The translations under genes and the position numbers were made by a program. DNA of 64,000 nt from Chiloscyllium plagiosum (taxonomy: Eukaryota), in NCBI RefSeq assembly GCF_004010195.1, contig NC_057753.1:2898087-2962086 (forward strand), given 5' to 3'. The notes beneath the pieces were generated by a model. The model was not told the origin of the DNA. It saw nothing but the letters and a program-made list of their open reading frames with translations, and did not search any database. Positions 61,001 through 64,000 of this stretch are shown piece by piece; position 1 is the stretch's first letter, and each line of letters starts with the position of its first letter.

Positions 61001-62853
61001 AATCAAATGAAGAGAACTAATACTAGTGTGCATGAGGTGGAAGTAGGGAATGCGGTTCCGATAAAACAGCAACCCGACAGGCTTGATCTTATTTCAACCG
61101 CACAGGAGCAAAAGGAAGTAATTGCAATGCACAACAAAGACATCACAAAACCGAGTCAAAGTGAAAGGAATTAGCCAGTCCTGCTAGATCCCAAACCTGA
61201 CGGGATTCAATGCTTGTGAGTGGATTATTGGAAGGTCAACGTCATAACTAAATCAAATGCCTATCCAGTGTTGGACTGCATAGAGAAATTTGGACAAGAC
61301 AGTTACATCACAAATTTAGAATTACAGCGTGGTAATTGACAGCACCTTCATCAGAGAACGTAAAGATCAAATTGTACAGTTTGCAAAACTCTTTGAACTA
61401 CTATGAAAACTAAAACTGGTAATAAACCTAAAGAAAACAGAATTTCTGAAGGCAGAGGTGAAGTTCTTGGAATATAACGTGGGACATGGAAGAGTGACGT
61501 CAAGGAACGTGAAGATGAAGACCATCGAAGAAAGAGGTGCTTCAATTTTTGTGATTCAGTGGGTTCTGCTGAAAGTTTAGACCAAATTTCAGTGACATGC
61601 TGGCACCGCTGGCGAATTAACTAAAGAAGAGCACGAAATTAGGGAGGACAGAAAAATGTAAGGAGGCATTTCAGGATGGGAAAGTCATATTAAACATTGC
61701 ACCAGTTTTACCTACACCATCCTCTTTCAAACCCTTAAAAGGTGCAATCAATGTGAGCGATATAAGCGTTGGAGATGTATTGATGCAGGAAAATGATGAT
61801 GGAATGGAATGGCCAATTGGCTATTTTTCAAAGAATCTTGATTCCCACCAAAACATATACTCGACTATCTAAAAACTGTCATTAAGTTTGGTACTAGCCT
61901 TACGACATTTTCATGTTTATGTGACGAGCAATGCGTCAGAGACGGTTGCATGCATGGACCTGAAACGGCTCACATTTTGGAAAGGTTTAAAGTCAAAACT
62001 ATAAGACTATCTCGTTGGAGTCTTTGGTTACAGAATTACACTTTACAAATAATACCTGCTGCATTTCGTATAAATGTGATTATAGTTGCGTTATTGCAGA
62101 CATAACAGAAAAGGTGCAGATAAGATTGGAGAGCATTGAGAGATATAAAGGTAGGTTAATAACATATGCATTTCATTGTAAAGGTATAAAGAATTACAGA
62201 AATAAAAAACACTTCTTTTCATTTTGGTAGTTCTTTTATTCCAGGAGTTATAAAACCAGGGACAATGTTAGCGGTTATGAAACAAAGGTATTTTGAAAAT
62301 TTGGTCATGTAGCAACTACGACCAAACAGCAGAGCAACTGCCATAGAGCCGGAGAGCTGACTCCCTATCTAACGTCTTGTTCTCAAATAAATTAGAAGAC
62401 ATTCTCTATCAAAAAGCTGTCTTCATATAAAACATAATCATGTTAAAAAAAGACCCAGGGAGATCAGCAGATAAAAGATTGAGGACAGTAGAAAAGACAA
62501 GGAGTGTGTTAACTTGAAATTAAGTTAATGTAATATATAATAAGTATGTGATTTGAACAGCTCTTCTTGTGTTGGGGTCAGATAGTACGTAGTTAAGAAA
62601 AAGGGGCTTGCATTTGTGATTAGATTTTCTTTAGTTTTCACGATGAGAGTTAGGAAAATGAATTGCTATTTATCTTTAAATAGTGGAAATTGGGAGTACT
62701 CTGTCACTCATCCACATTTTAACAGGTTACAAGGTGAGACGAGCTTTTCTGGGTATTTGGCTTTGAGTAACAGAGGAGTCGGATCTCAACGTCGTAACAC
62801 AAAGTATTGCAATATTCATTGTGAGGAGAGTGATTTTTAAAAATATATTAAAC

Positions 62854-64000
62854 CTACTTATCCATTACTTTCTTCGGATTATACAGCGTATTTTATAAAA
62901 TTTCCCTAAATTTGCTTTGAGACTTTGCATCAATAAATGTGTTTGTACAGCAACTCAGCAACTGAACCTAGATCACACATTCTTGGAATATACTTTTGGT
63001 GCAACCGGAGACTTTTATAGCATAATCAGTTGCATGCCATTCATAAAACAGCTCAAGAATATACGGGCTTGAAATCACCCAAAAAGGCGACGAGTAACAT
63101 GAAGGACTTTCTCTCATTCTGCACGTCTGGGTCACGATGACCATCTGTATTGCCTTGATCACCGAATATTTCTGAGCTTTGCTGAACCATTAATACTTGT
63201 TTAACTGTCAGAGGATTCAGTGTGTTGTAACATGGCGATGGACACTTCTGCTGATTAAACCATACTCTGAGAATGCCAGCTTTTTTTTGTGTGTCCACCG
63301 CAAACATTGGATGATCCCACTAGTTTAAAGTTGTCAAAACAGTAAAATTCAAATTTGATTGGGGTTTTGTATCCTAGAGCATCGTTTAAACTGATTGATT
63401 AATTTCAAACTGTGATCAAAATAACTGAGGTATCTAGTTTACAGCCAAGTGTTGCATATATTCAATTTTCCAGAAAACTTTGAGACTTCTAGTCAGTCAC
63501 ATGACAGTTGCCTGCAACTAAGTGCAAATGGCCCATCACTCTCTCTTGTTAGTACATTACATGCCTGCGACTTCATAACGAGGAAAAGAACGAAACAGAA
63601 CAGCCAGGGAAGGATGAAGATAAGATTAAAACAATTAAGCACTGACCACAAATGAGATCCAGTGAATGTCTTCCAGTTTGCACCATTAAGTGGCGTAATC
63701 AATGACAAAGATCGTTCGTGAAGAAAATACCTTGCAAACGTCTCAGCAGAAACCATTCCTATAATCATTACTGTCTTCTATCAGTGAAATGTCTTCTTTT
63801 CAGCTTCAGGATAAAAAATGGACGGAAATCGATCAAATATGAAAGCAACACTAAACCATGCAGAGCTATCTCTGGATGTCTGGATAAAAGCATTGTTGAC
63901 ACCGCACACTTGTGTAACAGACAATTCTGCATGGAAAATGTTTGTCAGGAAAATGGTTCATTTACGCAGTAATAACGTGGTTTTCAATCACGCCCATGGA
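62854..64000 (-). pseudogene. Highly degenerate GPR139-like GPCR pseudogene (exon 2; continues beyond the window)
   Basis: Minus-strand frames give LSVTQVCGVNNAFIQTSRDSSAWFSVAFIFDRF, LNPLTVKQVLMV..HRDPDVQNERKSFMLLVAFLGDF and VQLLSCCTNTFIDAKSQSKFREIL, colinear with the 35676-36592 protein. Many stops and frameshifts. Confidence 0.88.
63223..63580 (-). mobile_element. Internally deleted solo LTR (family A-related) inserted in TM5 of the pseudogene
   Basis: Starts tgttgtaacatgg and ends cttcataacg, like 53020 and 54363. Receptor homology stops and resumes at its edges. Confidence 0.75.

Larger units (their letters stand above)
55200..62799 (+). mobile_element. Degenerate near full-length Gmr1-like LTR retrotransposon (gag, integrase, RT, RNase H)
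   Basis: LTR similarity 55254-55426 versus 62625-62799 (3' LTR from ~62273). PBS at 55430. Gag KILPHFDWKDFEAFFISF (~58165). Integrase KSGNQYLLNLMDVSTR and AYNPESQGALKTWHQTLKTM (~60000-60295). RT PKPDG..VDYWKVN (~61190). RNase H VGDVLMQE..PIGYFSK (~61770). Confidence 0.88.

Overview
Repeat-dense, AT-rich vertebrate genomic DNA. It is most likely from a cartilaginous fish; this is an inference from the HE1/V-SINE-type SINEs, CR1-type LINEs and the receptor family. The left three quarters is a tandem segmental duplication: unit 1 ~775-21654, unit 2 ~21655-38520, and a more diverged partial unit 3 ~38520-47115. Units 1 and 2 each carry a two-exon class A GPCR of the GPR139/GPR142-like type. The unit 2 gene is intact (33139-33208 + 35676-36592, 328 aa). 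The unit 1 copy (12205-16029) is a pseudogene with three lesions. A third, much more diverged receptor pseudogene, split by an LTR, lies on the minus strand at 62854->64000. The rest is decayed mobile DNA: CR1 LINEs, tRNA-derived SINEs, Penelope-like (GIY-YIG) fragments, a Mag-type Gypsy element, two Gmr1-type LTR elements (integrase before RT in the more complete one) and many solo or nested LTRs. The most striking small element is a 207-bp, TSD-flanked, near-perfect palindrome (48120-48326) containing an intact minimal hammerhead-ribozyme core; related hammerhead motifs occur elsewhere in the window. All calls were made by eye, and repeat boundaries are approximate unless stated.
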